64,000 bases of DNA from assembly GCA_964581635.1 (NCBI GenBank), contig CAZOPH010000003.1, forward strand, positions 3 to 64,002, written 5' to 3'. This document shows, in pieces, positions 9,003 to 17,495 of the stretch. Origin of the DNA: an uncultured Smithella sp. Lineage in GTDB: Bacteria > Desulfobacterota > Syntrophia > Syntrophales > Smithellaceae. Made by a program: the position numbers and the translations under genes. Within the stretch, counting starts at the first letter, position 1. Each line of letters starts with the position of its first letter. The notes below the pieces were generated by a model. The model was not told the origin of the DNA. It worked only from the letters and a program-made list of their open reading frames with translations, and searched no databases.

Positions 9003-9326
9003 TTACTTCTTCATTGATTTTTCGAAAACAGCGTCCGCCTTCTTTGCTTTTTCCTCAGCCAGTTTCGCTCTTTCCTCGGCCAGCTTAGCCCTTTCCTCAG
9101 ACATCTTTGCAGCATTTTCTGCGCGGGCTGCGGCATCGGCAGCCTTTATCGTGGCCGCATCGGCCGCCGCCTTGGCCTCCTGTGCATCTTTGATTGCCTG
9201 ATCAGCTTTCGCATTCGTCTGCTGTCCCTGCGCCTGTACTTTCTCAAGATCACCGGTTGTTGCACAACCCACCAAAGCAATAGCGAATACAAGCATCGTT
9301 GAAATCACCAAAAGACTTTTCTTCAT
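9003..9326 (-). CDS. Lpp-like alanine/lysine-rich coiled-coil lipoprotein ending in Lys-Lys
   Basis: Strong AGGAGGTG SD. Signal peptide plus lipobox MKKSLLVISTMLVFAIALVGC. The mature part is Ala/Glu/Lys-rich with tandem ERAKLAE repeats. The C-terminus is ...FEKSMKK. Confidence 0.7.
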   Translation of the reverse strand: MKKSLLVISTMLVFAIALVGCATTGDLEKVQAQGQQTNAKADQAIKDAQEAKAAADAATIKAADAAARAENAAKMSEERAKLAEERAKLAEEKAKKADAVFEKSMKK

Positions 9327-9396
9327 GCTCTAATCACCTCCTTTCTGTTTAATTTATCTTATTTTAACATGGTCTGCTATCATTTATCATTATTGA

Positions 9397-10761
9397 TTAA
9401 TCCCTGACGGGTTCGATCAATATACCTTCTATTTCCAAATCAATTTTCAAGCGTTTGATGGCATCTTTGGCTTCTTTGAGATTTTCGAAAGGACCGGCGA
9501 TAACACGGTAGCTATCACCATTCTTTGATAAAACCCTTGCCGGAATTTGCGGCCCCTGGTGGTTGATAATGGCGGCAAGCCTCACTGCATTAATCTCGTC
9601 CTGCAGATTAGCAGCCAAAACATACCATGCCCCCATTTTCATTTCCGGTATTTCTGGTCTGCCATACAATTTGTCCGGGTGCGTGACTTCTATGTCTTCC
9701 GCAGTCTCTTTTCCACTTCCTTGCCGGATTTGGAATAGGGGAACCGGAATCCCTCTGGCCTCGGCCAGTATCTCCTTAACTTTTTTCCAGTCAAGGGTGC
9801 GCTCTGATTTCTTTTCAATATTTCTCAATTTTGCGTATATCTTGTCTAACTCATCATTGTCCAAGCTTTCTATGGGCGTATGAACTTCCATGTAAACAAC
9901 TCCATTGTGTTGACCTATGAGATAAGGCTGGTTCACAATGCTTACCGGTGTATGAACCGGCGTTTGCTCGTAGAGCTTTTTCACGTTTTCCGGATAGAGC
10001 CTCAGGCACCCATTGGTTGCTCTGAGGCCGATGCTGGATGGCTTGTTTGTGCCATGCATCAAATAAGACGACTTACTTAAATAAAGCGCATATTCTCCCA
10101 GGGGATTGAGAGGTCCCGGTGGAATTTGGCTGGGCAGAGGGTCTCCTTTTTTTCGATGATCCTCAGCAATTGAGGCAGGTACATGCCAGGTCGGCCGGAA
10201 CATCTTACGTGCCACATACATTTGACCCATGGGAGAGGGCCGCTCTTCAGTACCGATACCAACAGGATAGGTTGACACCGCCTGTAACTTACTCCCCCCT
10301 TTAAAATGGAAAAGTCTCATAGAGGCTAAGTTGATCACGATGCCTTTTCTAGCTGCGTCCGGGAGGATAAAGCTCAAAGGCAACATAATACGTTCTCCGG
10401 CCTCAGGCGCCCATACATCCACCCCCGGATTGGCCGCGCTGATTGCATTAATTCCCAAACCGAAGTGTCTTGCAATATCCGGCAGAGTATCCCCCTTTTC
10501 AAGCCTGACGAACGCCAACCGGCCAATGACATCGTCTTCTTTTGCAACCGAAAACTCATTTCGTTCAAGCTTTTCTTCCGGATAGCTTGGTGTGGGATAG
10601 GATTTCACCTGCACCGTTTTCAGTACAGCGCATCCATGGAGATACGAGAAGAATATCAGTAGCACGATAAGACGAAACCCATTGGAAAATAGCGACAGGT
10701 CAATAAATCGATTCAGGGTCATAGAGGTCATCTTATTGAATGAAGGAGAATTTAAAACCAT
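9397..10761 (-). CDS. L,D-transpeptidase (LysM + YkuD catalytic domain + C-terminal SPOR-like domain), ErfK/YbiS/YcfS/YnhG-like
   Basis: LysM-like segment (LEKGDTLPDIARHFGLGINAISAANPGV). YkuD core with HGTNKPSSIGLRATNGCLRLYPENV (His/Cys catalytic pair). SPOR-like C-terminus (YRVIAGPFENLKEAKDAIKRLK). The start codon is uncertain (M1, M11 or M14). Confidence 0.85.
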   Translation of the reverse strand: MVLNSPSFNKMTSMTLNRFIDLSLFSNGFRLIVLLIFFSYLHGCAVLKTVQVKSYPTPSYPEEKLERNEFSVAKEDDVIGRLAFVRLEKGDTLPDIARHFGLGINAISAANPGVDVWAPEAGERIMLPLSFILPDAARKGIVINLASMRLFHFKGGSKLQAVSTYPVGIGTEERPSPMGQMYVARKMFRPTWHVPASIAEDHRKKGDPLPSQIPPGPLNPLGEYALYLSKSSYLMHGTNKPSSIGLRATNGCLRLYPENVKKLYEQTPVHTPVSIVNQPYLIGQHNGVVYMEVHTPIESLDNDELDKIYAKLRNIEKKSERTLDWKKVKEILAEARGIPVPLFQIRQGSGKETAEDIEVTHPDKLYGRPEIPEMKMGAWYVLAANLQDEINAVRLAAIINHQGPQIPARVLSKNGDSYRVIAGPFENLKEAKDAIKRLKIDLEIEGILIEPVRD

Positions 10762-11011
10762 TTTTCAGTTAAACGCTTGATCGCGGGAATGCGCCAGGCT
10801 TCACTCCATTTCATATTAAGTAATATTTAATTAGGTGGCACATAACCATGTGTTGCGTCGAATGCTTTGCGGAAGGTGCCATGATCAATACTGTGCATAT
10901 ATATCACACATGCTGAAAAAATATTATCAATAATGGCGCTTCGCCACACGCGTCTTCATTGCCGTTGGTTTTTGGATTTAAGGTGAAAACTAACGCTGTC
11001 TCCTACTGCCG

Positions 11012-11977
11012 CTATGGCCTTATCTCAACAATCGTACCATTGGGCACTAACTTGTCAATTTCCTCTATCTCTTCGTCTGTAACGGCAATACACCCTTTCG
11101 TCCAGTCACGTTCTGCGTGTAGATCGCCCATCCATGAAAAACCATTTTTAATACCGTGGATCATGATGTCTCCGCCCGGAGAAACACCCAATTCCCTGGC
11201 TCGTTTTTTGTCTTTCTCGTTCGGATAAGAAATATGAAGAGATAGGTGATAGCGACTGTCCTTGTTCCTCGAATCGATGACGTAGGTTCCTTCCGGGGTT
11301 TTGTTGTCGCCTTGCCTTTCTTTCGGACCATTCGGGTTTCCCCCCAGGGCTATCTTGTACGTCTTGAGCACCTTGTCCTTGGAAATCAGCGTCAATAGTC
11401 GTTCTTTCTTTTCTATCAGAATCTTATCGGCCGGTCCATTCCGGAGCGCAAAAACTTTGCTTTTAACCTCTTGTTCAAGCGCTTCAATCTTTTTTTGAAG
11501 CGTAATAATCTCCTCGTCCTTGCTTTTAACCTCTCGTTCTAGAGACTCAATCTGTGTTTGCTGTGTAACAATCTGTGAATGCTGCGTTAAAATCTTTTTA
11601 TCCTTTATAATGATATTATTGATATATAATACCATCATTTCGCTATCCTGTCTGTAGCGACTCTCCGGGTAATCCTTGATGACTTTCTGGAAGCAATCCA
11701 GAGATTTCTGGTAATCTTTCTGCTTGTTCTGAGGATGTGCATAGATGAAACCCATTTCGAAAAAAACCCTGTCTGCCGCGTTGGGATATTTTTCTATAAT
11801 CTGTTCATACTTGCTTAGAGAGGCCTTGTAGCTTCCCTGGCTGAAAAGATCATTCGCTTCTTTGACGTTTGACTTGACCTGAAAGTGACTGCAACCGCAC
11901 AGGAGTATGAGTGTTGTGATGATGCAGACAACGAAAAAGTAAAGACGCTTCCCTGTTCTACTTTGTCTTCTACCCAT
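11012..11977 (-). CDS. lipoprotein with TPR + coiled-coil N-terminal region and a YafK-like L,D-transpeptidase (YkuD) domain
   Basis: Lipobox ILLCGC. TPR-like KYPNAADRVFFEMGFIY. Repeated IESLEREVKSK / IEALEQEVKSK. The C-terminal domain has GPKERQGDNKTPEGTY, DSRYHLSLHISYPN, IMIHG and TKGCIAV, which match my recollection of E. coli YafK. Confidence 0.8.
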   Translation of the reverse strand: MGRRQSRTGKRLYFFVVCIITTLILLCGCSHFQVKSNVKEANDLFSQGSYKASLSKYEQIIEKYPNAADRVFFEMGFIYAHPQNKQKDYQKSLDCFQKVIKDYPESRYRQDSEMMVLYINNIIIKDKKILTQHSQIVTQQTQIESLEREVKSKDEEIITLQKKIEALEQEVKSKVFALRNGPADKILIEKKERLLTLISKDKVLKTYKIALGGNPNGPKERQGDNKTPEGTYVIDSRNKDSRYHLSLHISYPNEKDKKRARELGVSPGGDIMIHGIKNGFSWMGDLHAERDWTKGCIAVTDEEIEEIDKLVPNGTIVEIRP

Positions 11978-12155
11978 AATATGCCTTCGTGTTCGTTAAT
12001 ATCTGATGGCTGCAGAGCTAGTTCGGCTCCTCTTATGCACAGACTGAGGGACGTTTACCATATTCTAATTCAAAATTCTGCATTTTTTAATAATGGCGGC
12101 TTGAACTGCTGCATGGAATAGTATGGTCAGGAAATTAATGTAGTTTGTAAAACTA

Positions 12156-12764
12156 TTACAGATAAAAATCGTCTATTTTGCATTCCATTTGATCAACCGG
12201 ATACGGTTTTAAAATATCCAGAAGTTTTGACATATCTTTGCCTTCCGGATTCAACCAGACTTCCTGCGCGGCTTTTGGGACAATCACCGGCATGCGGTTG
12301 TGGATAGGCGCAACAACATCATTGGCTGATGTGGTGATGATCGTGCAGGTTTCCAAGGGTTTTTTATCGGGGTCAATCCATCGCTCATAGAGACCGGCAA
12401 ATGCAAATGGTTTGCCGGATTTCAGGGCAAAGCAGTATGGGATTTTTTTATTCCCTTCTTTTTTCAATTCGTAAAATCCTTCGGCTGGAATGAGACATCT
12501 TCTCTTCGCGAAGGCATTTTTAAAACTGGGTTTCCGTGTAATAGTCTCAGCGCGAGCATTGATGAGTTTCGCACCGATGGATGGGTCTTTCGCCCAGAAA
12601 GGAATCAGCTCCCACAAATAGGAAGCCAGCATATTCCCATGATCGGAACCGATCACCGCAGGAATATGCTGGCCGGGTCTGACATTCCGGCTGGGAGAAA
12701 AGTTGACAGACACGTCGGGAACATCAAAATTCCGCACATTAGCCATTATTCTCCACGGCAACAT
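12156..12764 (-). CDS. SOS response-associated peptidase (SRAP/YedK) family protein with a disrupted N-terminus (no in-frame Cys2; possible pseudogene or indel error)
   Basis: SRAP motifs SRNVRPGQ, LINARAETI, RRCLIPAEGFYEL and IHNRMPVI are present. The in-frame N-terminus (MLPWRIMANVRNF...) lacks the canonical MCGRF. An ATG-TGC-GGA sits at 12739-12731 in the +1 frame. Confidence 0.75.
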   Translation of the reverse strand: MLPWRIMANVRNFDVPDVSVNFSPSRNVRPGQHIPAVIGSDHGNMLASYLWELIPFWAKDPSIGAKLINARAETITRKPSFKNAFAKRRCLIPAEGFYELKKEGNKKIPYCFALKSGKPFAFAGLYERWIDPDKKPLETCTIITTSANDVVAPIHNRMPVIVPKAAQEVWLNPEGKDMSKLLDILKPYPVDQMECKIDDFYL

Positions 12765-13915
12765 TAAAGTTTGATTTTGCCTTCTTTCAATGTTTTGGTA
12801 GGTTTAAATATGTTCAATGGAAATTTTTTGTGAAGCTCGTTAAGTTTGTACACCAGTTCATGATAACCAATCCCCTGCGCCAGTGCGAATGGTCCGAAAG
12901 GCGAACCACCACCGTTGGCCATGGCCAGATCAATCTCTTTGGGATCATCCACGACGCCTTCTTCCAGAAGTTTGGTCGCTTCATTGACTTGCAAGGCGAT
13001 CAGCTGATTAATGTCGTATTCCTTCGTCGCCTTGGCAAGGTTAATGACGGGCCTACCCTTGGACCAGTCATAAAACCCCTTGCCTGTTTTTTTGCCAAGG
13101 TTACCTGATTTTAGATAGGACTCAATCGCATCGGACGGCTTGTAGTCTTTGGAAAGCACCTGTGAGAAATATTCCAGGCCGTGAACAGCCACATCAATGC
13201 CGACATAGTCCACAAGTTCAAATGGCGCCATCGCCATAAGGGGCTTGAACGCCGCATCAAATTCTTCCGGCGTCGGATGCCCCGCTTCCAGAATTTTGGA
13301 AAGCAAAAGAAGCGTTGGTTCGTTGATCCGATTGTAAATAAATCCCGGCGAATCTTTTTTGACGATCACTGGAACTTTTTTGATTATTTTAGCAACATCA
13401 TAACCGACCTGGATGGATTCGTCGGATGTTGCCTTGCCCTTGATGACTTCCACCAATTTCATCAGGATGGCCGGGTTGAAGAAATGATAACCAATCACTT
13501 TGTCGGGCCGCGTTGTGGCAGAGGCAATATCCGTAATGCTGATATTGGATGTATTCGACGCAAGAATGGCGTGCTTCGGCGCAAACTTATCCAAGTCGGC
13601 AAAGACACTCTTCTTGAGCTCCAGCTTTTCCGGCACGGCCTCAATAATGAAATCGGCGTCTTGGACGGCCGTCTGCAAATCAACCATCGGGGTAAGGCGC
13701 ACCAAGGCATTCGCAAAGGCATCCGGTGTTATCTTGCCTTTCTCCTTGAACTTATCTAAGCTTGCGATGATTCCCGCAACACCCTTATCAACATATTTCT
13801 GCTCAATATCACGTAGGACAACCTGATAGCCACCCAGCAAACAGGAAGCCGCAATTCCGTGTCCCATATCCCCCGCACCGATCATGGCAATCTTCTTTAC
13901 ATCTTCCGCTTTCAT
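12764..13915 (-). CDS. 3-hydroxyacyl-CoA (3-hydroxybutyryl-CoA) dehydrogenase family protein
   Basis: Rossmann motif IAMIGAGDMGHGIA follows the ATG at 13915, which has a GGAGGG SD. NTSNISIT and PGFIYNR motifs. The ORF-track start at 13993 is an unsupported extension. Confidence 0.85.
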   Translation of the reverse strand: MKAEDVKKIAMIGAGDMGHGIAASCLLGGYQVVLRDIEQKYVDKGVAGIIASLDKFKEKGKITPDAFANALVRLTPMVDLQTAVQDADFIIEAVPEKLELKKSVFADLDKFAPKHAILASNTSNISITDIASATTRPDKVIGYHFFNPAILMKLVEVIKGKATSDESIQVGYDVAKIIKKVPVIVKKDSPGFIYNRINEPTLLLLSKILEAGHPTPEEFDAAFKPLMAMAPFELVDYVGIDVAVHGLEYFSQVLSKDYKPSDAIESYLKSGNLGKKTGKGFYDWSKGRPVINLAKATKEYDINQLIALQVNEATKLLEEGVVDDPKEIDLAMANGGGSPFGPFALAQGIGYHELVYKLNELHKKFPLNIFKPTKTLKEGKIKL

Positions 13916-14198
13916 TTTTCGTTTCCCTCCTGAATGTAATTTAAAAATGTTGGGCACTTTTACAACCACCATGTGTGTGACAAGACTGTCCACGACAAGA
14001 TGGCTTATTTATTCAACACAGTGCAGACTTTATTCGGGCAAGTGCCCGCTGTCAGTTGGAAAATTCTCTGCGCGGGAATTTGTCATCTTCGTAAAACTCC
14101 TTTACCGGTCAGTGGTCAGGCACAGGGAGCGGTCTCTCTTGGCCCACTCCCCGCAACGGTTGTTTTCAGACGCTTCCCTTGCATTGCCTCCCTCGCCG

Positions 14199-16073
14199 TT
14201 ACTCCTTCAGCGCACCGGTAAAGTTTTCGGATTCCGCTTTAATCGCCGCGCCCTCATTGTTCATCACGCATTCTACCCGGCCAAAGAATTTCGGAAATTC
14301 TGCGCCGATGAAAAACTGCGCTGAGAGCACTCGGCCGTTGTAGTAGGCGGCTTCGGGATTGGTCTCGAGAATCTTCTTGCGGTCCGCGCCTTTGGCGTCG
14401 CCCAGGAGTTCTCTTGATTTGGGGATGGTAATCGTCAGGCTCCACAGGTGCAGCCAGGCCACGATCAGCGGAAACATCGCCTGCTGCATCGGCGTGGCGT
14501 TGGCCACCAGCGCCAGAAACTTGCCTTCTTGAAGCTGCTTTATCATCATGTTGATGATTTCATCAAATTTTGCAATGCCTCGCTCAACCGGGGCGACATA
14601 ACGCTCGTCCACAATGCCTTTTGCCTTGGCAACGGTATCCGCGAAATATTTCTTCAACATCTGATAGTTGAACATATCCTTGTTCATCAGGATCTTCCGC
14701 ATCTGCAGATCCAGCGACTGAATCGCGTTGGTGCCTTCATAGATCGAGAAAACCTTCACGTCGCGGGCATACTGCTCGACCGGGTATTCCTGGCAGTAGC
14801 CGTAGCCACCGTAAACCTGCATCGCTTCGGCCGTTACCAGCCAGGCCGCGTCGGAGATGCCGGCTTTTACGATGGGAGTCAAAATTTCAACGATGCCCAT
14901 CGCAGCCTTCACTTCTTCGGGCGACGGGGAATAATGCATGATGTCTTCATGATAGGCGAGGAAGAGGCAGAGCATACGCATGCCCTCGATCGTGCTCTTC
15001 ATGTACAGCAACATTCTTTTAACGTCCGGGTGCTCGATAATCGGAACCCGGGGAGCCTTGGGATTCATGGACTGCGTGATATGGACGCCTTGAATGCGGT
15101 TGCGGGCGTATGTAATGGCGTGCATGTAGGCGGCTGATGACACGGCCTCGGCCTGAACGCCGGTGTGGATGCGGGCCGCGTTCATAAGCATGAACATGAC
15201 CTTCATCCCCTCGCGTTCCTTGCCCAGAAGGTAGCCGATACATTTGCCGTTGTCGCCGAAATTCAGTGTCGAGGTGGCGTTGCCCTTGAGTCCCATTTTG
15301 TGTTCAATGCCGGTGCAGTAAACATCGTTACGCTCGCCCAGTGTCAGGTCCGGGTTGACCAGGTACTTGGGCACAACGAATATGGAAATACCCTTTGTCC
15401 CTTCCGGGTCGCCTTCGATACGCGCCAGCACGGGATGGATGATGTTTTCCGTTATGTCATGCTCGCCGTTGGATATGAAAATTTTCTGGCCGGAAATGAG
15501 AAATGTGCCGTCGGGCTGCCGAATAGCCTTGGTCTTGAGCGCTCCCAGGTCGGAGCCCGCGCCGGGCTCGGTCAGGCACATCGTGCCACCCCACTTGCCC
15601 TCGAACATTTTGGGAAGAAACATGTTCTTGACTTCTTCGGAACCGAACGACTGGATGATGTGAATGGCACCCGTGATAGCGCCGCAGTACATGGTCAGCG
15701 ACGTGTTGCCCGCGTTGAAATACTCCGCGGCCGCCATCGAGATCGATGAGGGCATCCCCATTCCGCCGATTTCTGGCGGAAACGCCAGCGAGTGGAAGCC
15801 CGCTTCGATATAGGCGTTGAATCCCTTGCGGAAGGATTCGGGAACCTTGACAGAATTGGATTTGGGATCGAACTGAAGCCCGACCGTGTCGCCATCCCGG
15901 TTCGATGTATAAAACTGCTGCAGGGCGATTTTTTCGGCCAGTTCCAGCGTATCCTCGTACACAGAGCGATCGAATTCTTTCAGACGATCAAACCGGTTGA
16001 GTTTCTCCAACTCCAGCATTTCAAAAAGGGTAAAACGAACATCACGCGAGTCAACTAACTGATTTAACGACAT
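14199..16073 (-). CDS. large acyl-CoA dehydrogenase (with C-terminal extension domain)
   Basis: 624 aa. Acyl-CoA dehydrogenase motifs CLTEPGAGSD, GQKIFISNG and YEGTNAIQSLDL. AGGAGGG SD. Confidence 0.85.
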   Translation of the reverse strand: MSLNQLVDSRDVRFTLFEMLELEKLNRFDRLKEFDRSVYEDTLELAEKIALQQFYTSNRDGDTVGLQFDPKSNSVKVPESFRKGFNAYIEAGFHSLAFPPEIGGMGMPSSISMAAAEYFNAGNTSLTMYCGAITGAIHIIQSFGSEEVKNMFLPKMFEGKWGGTMCLTEPGAGSDLGALKTKAIRQPDGTFLISGQKIFISNGEHDITENIIHPVLARIEGDPEGTKGISIFVVPKYLVNPDLTLGERNDVYCTGIEHKMGLKGNATSTLNFGDNGKCIGYLLGKEREGMKVMFMLMNAARIHTGVQAEAVSSAAYMHAITYARNRIQGVHITQSMNPKAPRVPIIEHPDVKRMLLYMKSTIEGMRMLCLFLAYHEDIMHYSPSPEEVKAAMGIVEILTPIVKAGISDAAWLVTAEAMQVYGGYGYCQEYPVEQYARDVKVFSIYEGTNAIQSLDLQMRKILMNKDMFNYQMLKKYFADTVAKAKGIVDERYVAPVERGIAKFDEIINMMIKQLQEGKFLALVANATPMQQAMFPLIVAWLHLWSLTITIPKSRELLGDAKGADRKKILETNPEAAYYNGRVLSAQFFIGAEFPKFFGRVECVMNNEGAAIKAESENFTGALKE

Positions 16074-16187
16074 ATTTCCCTCCTTAAAAAATATATTTAC
16101 ATCGAACGTTTGTTGTTTTTCTTAGCAGATAAAAAGCGAAAAGCAAGAAATATTTTCAATTAAGTTAAATGTTTATAATTTAACACG

Positions 16188-17495
16188 TTACATCTTGACG
16201 TGAAGCAACGGCAAAGCCAGATGGCGGCGGCGAGTTTCACCGTGAAGCTGCGTTTGCTCACGAATGGTGGGCAACCCTCTGCGGCCTTTGCCCAGTTTTT
16301 CGATCAGGTGCGACGAACCTAGATGCACCGTGTGTTTTCCGAATTTTTGTCCCAATTCATCGGCAACGCCATACAGATCTTTGATTTTCTCCGCCTGCAC
16401 AGAATTGTCAAAAAGCGTGTATTGAAGGTTGCTGTCGGCGACGAGATCCAGCAGAATCACACCTGTGGCGCGGTAAAGCCCACACGGATGGTAACACGCA
16501 TTAAACAAATCACGAACAACATCAGAAAATTCCAGAGGACAGGAACAGGGGCGCGAAAGTGCCGTTTCACGGGCAACCGTTTCGAAATTCTGTTTTTTCA
16601 GGAACACCGCTATTTTCCGCGATGCCAACGTGTAGCGCCTAGCTTTGATGCAGACCGATTCCATATTACGCATCAGTTGCGCGAAAAGATAATTGGCATC
16701 CGATGTCGGCGGCGCAAAAGTTTTGGTCTTGCTGATGGAGGCGTAAGAGCTTTTTTCTTCAGACGTCACCGGATAAACCGATTCGCCGCGCAATTCCTGC
16801 CAGATCTCCACACCCGGCTTGGTGAATTTCGCCCGCACGGTTTTTTCCGGCAGTTGGGCAAAAGCCAGCGCCGTTCGGATGCCTAGCTTGGCCAGATAGT
16901 TGGTCGTGGCCGGCCCGATCCCCCAGATTTTTCCCACCGGCAGGTCATTCAAGTATTGAGCGATGTTTCGTCCTTTGATCACCGTCATCCCCTCTGGTTT
17001 TTGGTATTTGGAGGCCACCTTGGCCAATACTTTGGTAATACTCAAACCCACGGATACAGTGATGCCCAGCTCTCTCTCAATTGTTTCTTTCATCTGAAGC
17101 GCAATGCCCTCGTAGGACGAGTGCAGAGCGCGTCGCATGCCGGTGATGTCTGAGAAAGCCTCGTCGATGGAATATTCTTCCACATCGGGTGTGAAGCGGC
17201 GCATGATGGCAAACATCCGCCTGGAAAAAAGGCTGTAGGTTTCGTAATCCGAAGGTAGAATGATGAGACTCGGAAAAATCTTGCGCGCCTCGTGCAGCGG
17301 CACGCCGCGCTTGATACCGATCCTCTTGGCCGCGTAGCTTGCGCAGGCTACAATACCGCGTTCGCCACCGGTGATGAGCGGCTTGCCCCGAAGCTCCGGA
17401 TGGATCGCTTCTTCACAGGACGTAAAAAAAGCATCGCCGTCGATGTGAATAATCGCACGCGGCCAGGAAGATAATTTGAAAATTTGATCGGACAT
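16188..17495 (-). CDS. Y-family DNA polymerase (UmuC/DinB-like translesion polymerase)
   Basis: IIHIDGDAFFTSCE and YSIDEAFSDIT catalytic motifs. It lies downstream of a UmuD-like gene. I chose the ATG at 17495 (MSDQIFKL...) by alignment with the usual N-terminus. No purine-rich SD precedes it. Confidence 0.85.
   Translation of the reverse strand: MSDQIFKLSSWPRAIIHIDGDAFFTSCEEAIHPELRGKPLITGGERGIVACASYAAKRIGIKRGVPLHEARKIFPSLIILPSDYETYSLFSRRMFAIMRRFTPDVEEYSIDEAFSDITGMRRALHSSYEGIALQMKETIERELGITVSVGLSITKVLAKVASKYQKPEGMTVIKGRNIAQYLNDLPVGKIWGIGPATTNYLAKLGIRTALAFAQLPEKTVRAKFTKPGVEIWQELRGESVYPVTSEEKSSYASISKTKTFAPPTSDANYLFAQLMRNMESVCIKARRYTLASRKIAVFLKKQNFETVARETALSRPCSCPLEFSDVVRDLFNACYHPCGLYRATGVILLDLVADSNLQYTLFDNSVQAEKIKDLYGVADELGQKFGKHTVHLGSSHLIEKLGKGRRGLPTIREQTQLHGETRRRHLALPLLHVKM

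Noticed and set aside
8998-9201. 67-aa Ala/Ser-rich plus-strand ORF
   Set aside because: It is antisense to the Ala-rich Lpp-like gene. GCN-rich codons produce open antisense frames, and only the minus-strand gene has a strong SD and a lipoprotein signal.
10836-10852. TGGCAC hexamers examined as possible sigma-54 -24 elements (here, and also at about 749, 4373, 18645 and 53383, plus minus-strand hits around 15590 and 47200)
   Set aside because: None has a TTGC(A/T) element at the required 5-nt spacing, and most lie inside coding regions.
16104-16115. GAACGTTTGTTG, a near Cheo-box upstream of the acyl-CoA dehydrogenase gene
   Set aside because: The right arm is imperfect (GTTG rather than GTTC) and the flanks are not palindromic. 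It is probably chance.
4006-16886. Many long antisense or alternative-frame ORFs in the track (for example 4006-4584, 4714-5196, 13181-13759, 14448-15137, 15165-15749, 16323-16886)
   Set aside because: Each lies wholly inside a CDS with clear family motifs on the other strand or frame. Their translations are low-complexity and Arg/His/Gly-rich, with no motifs.
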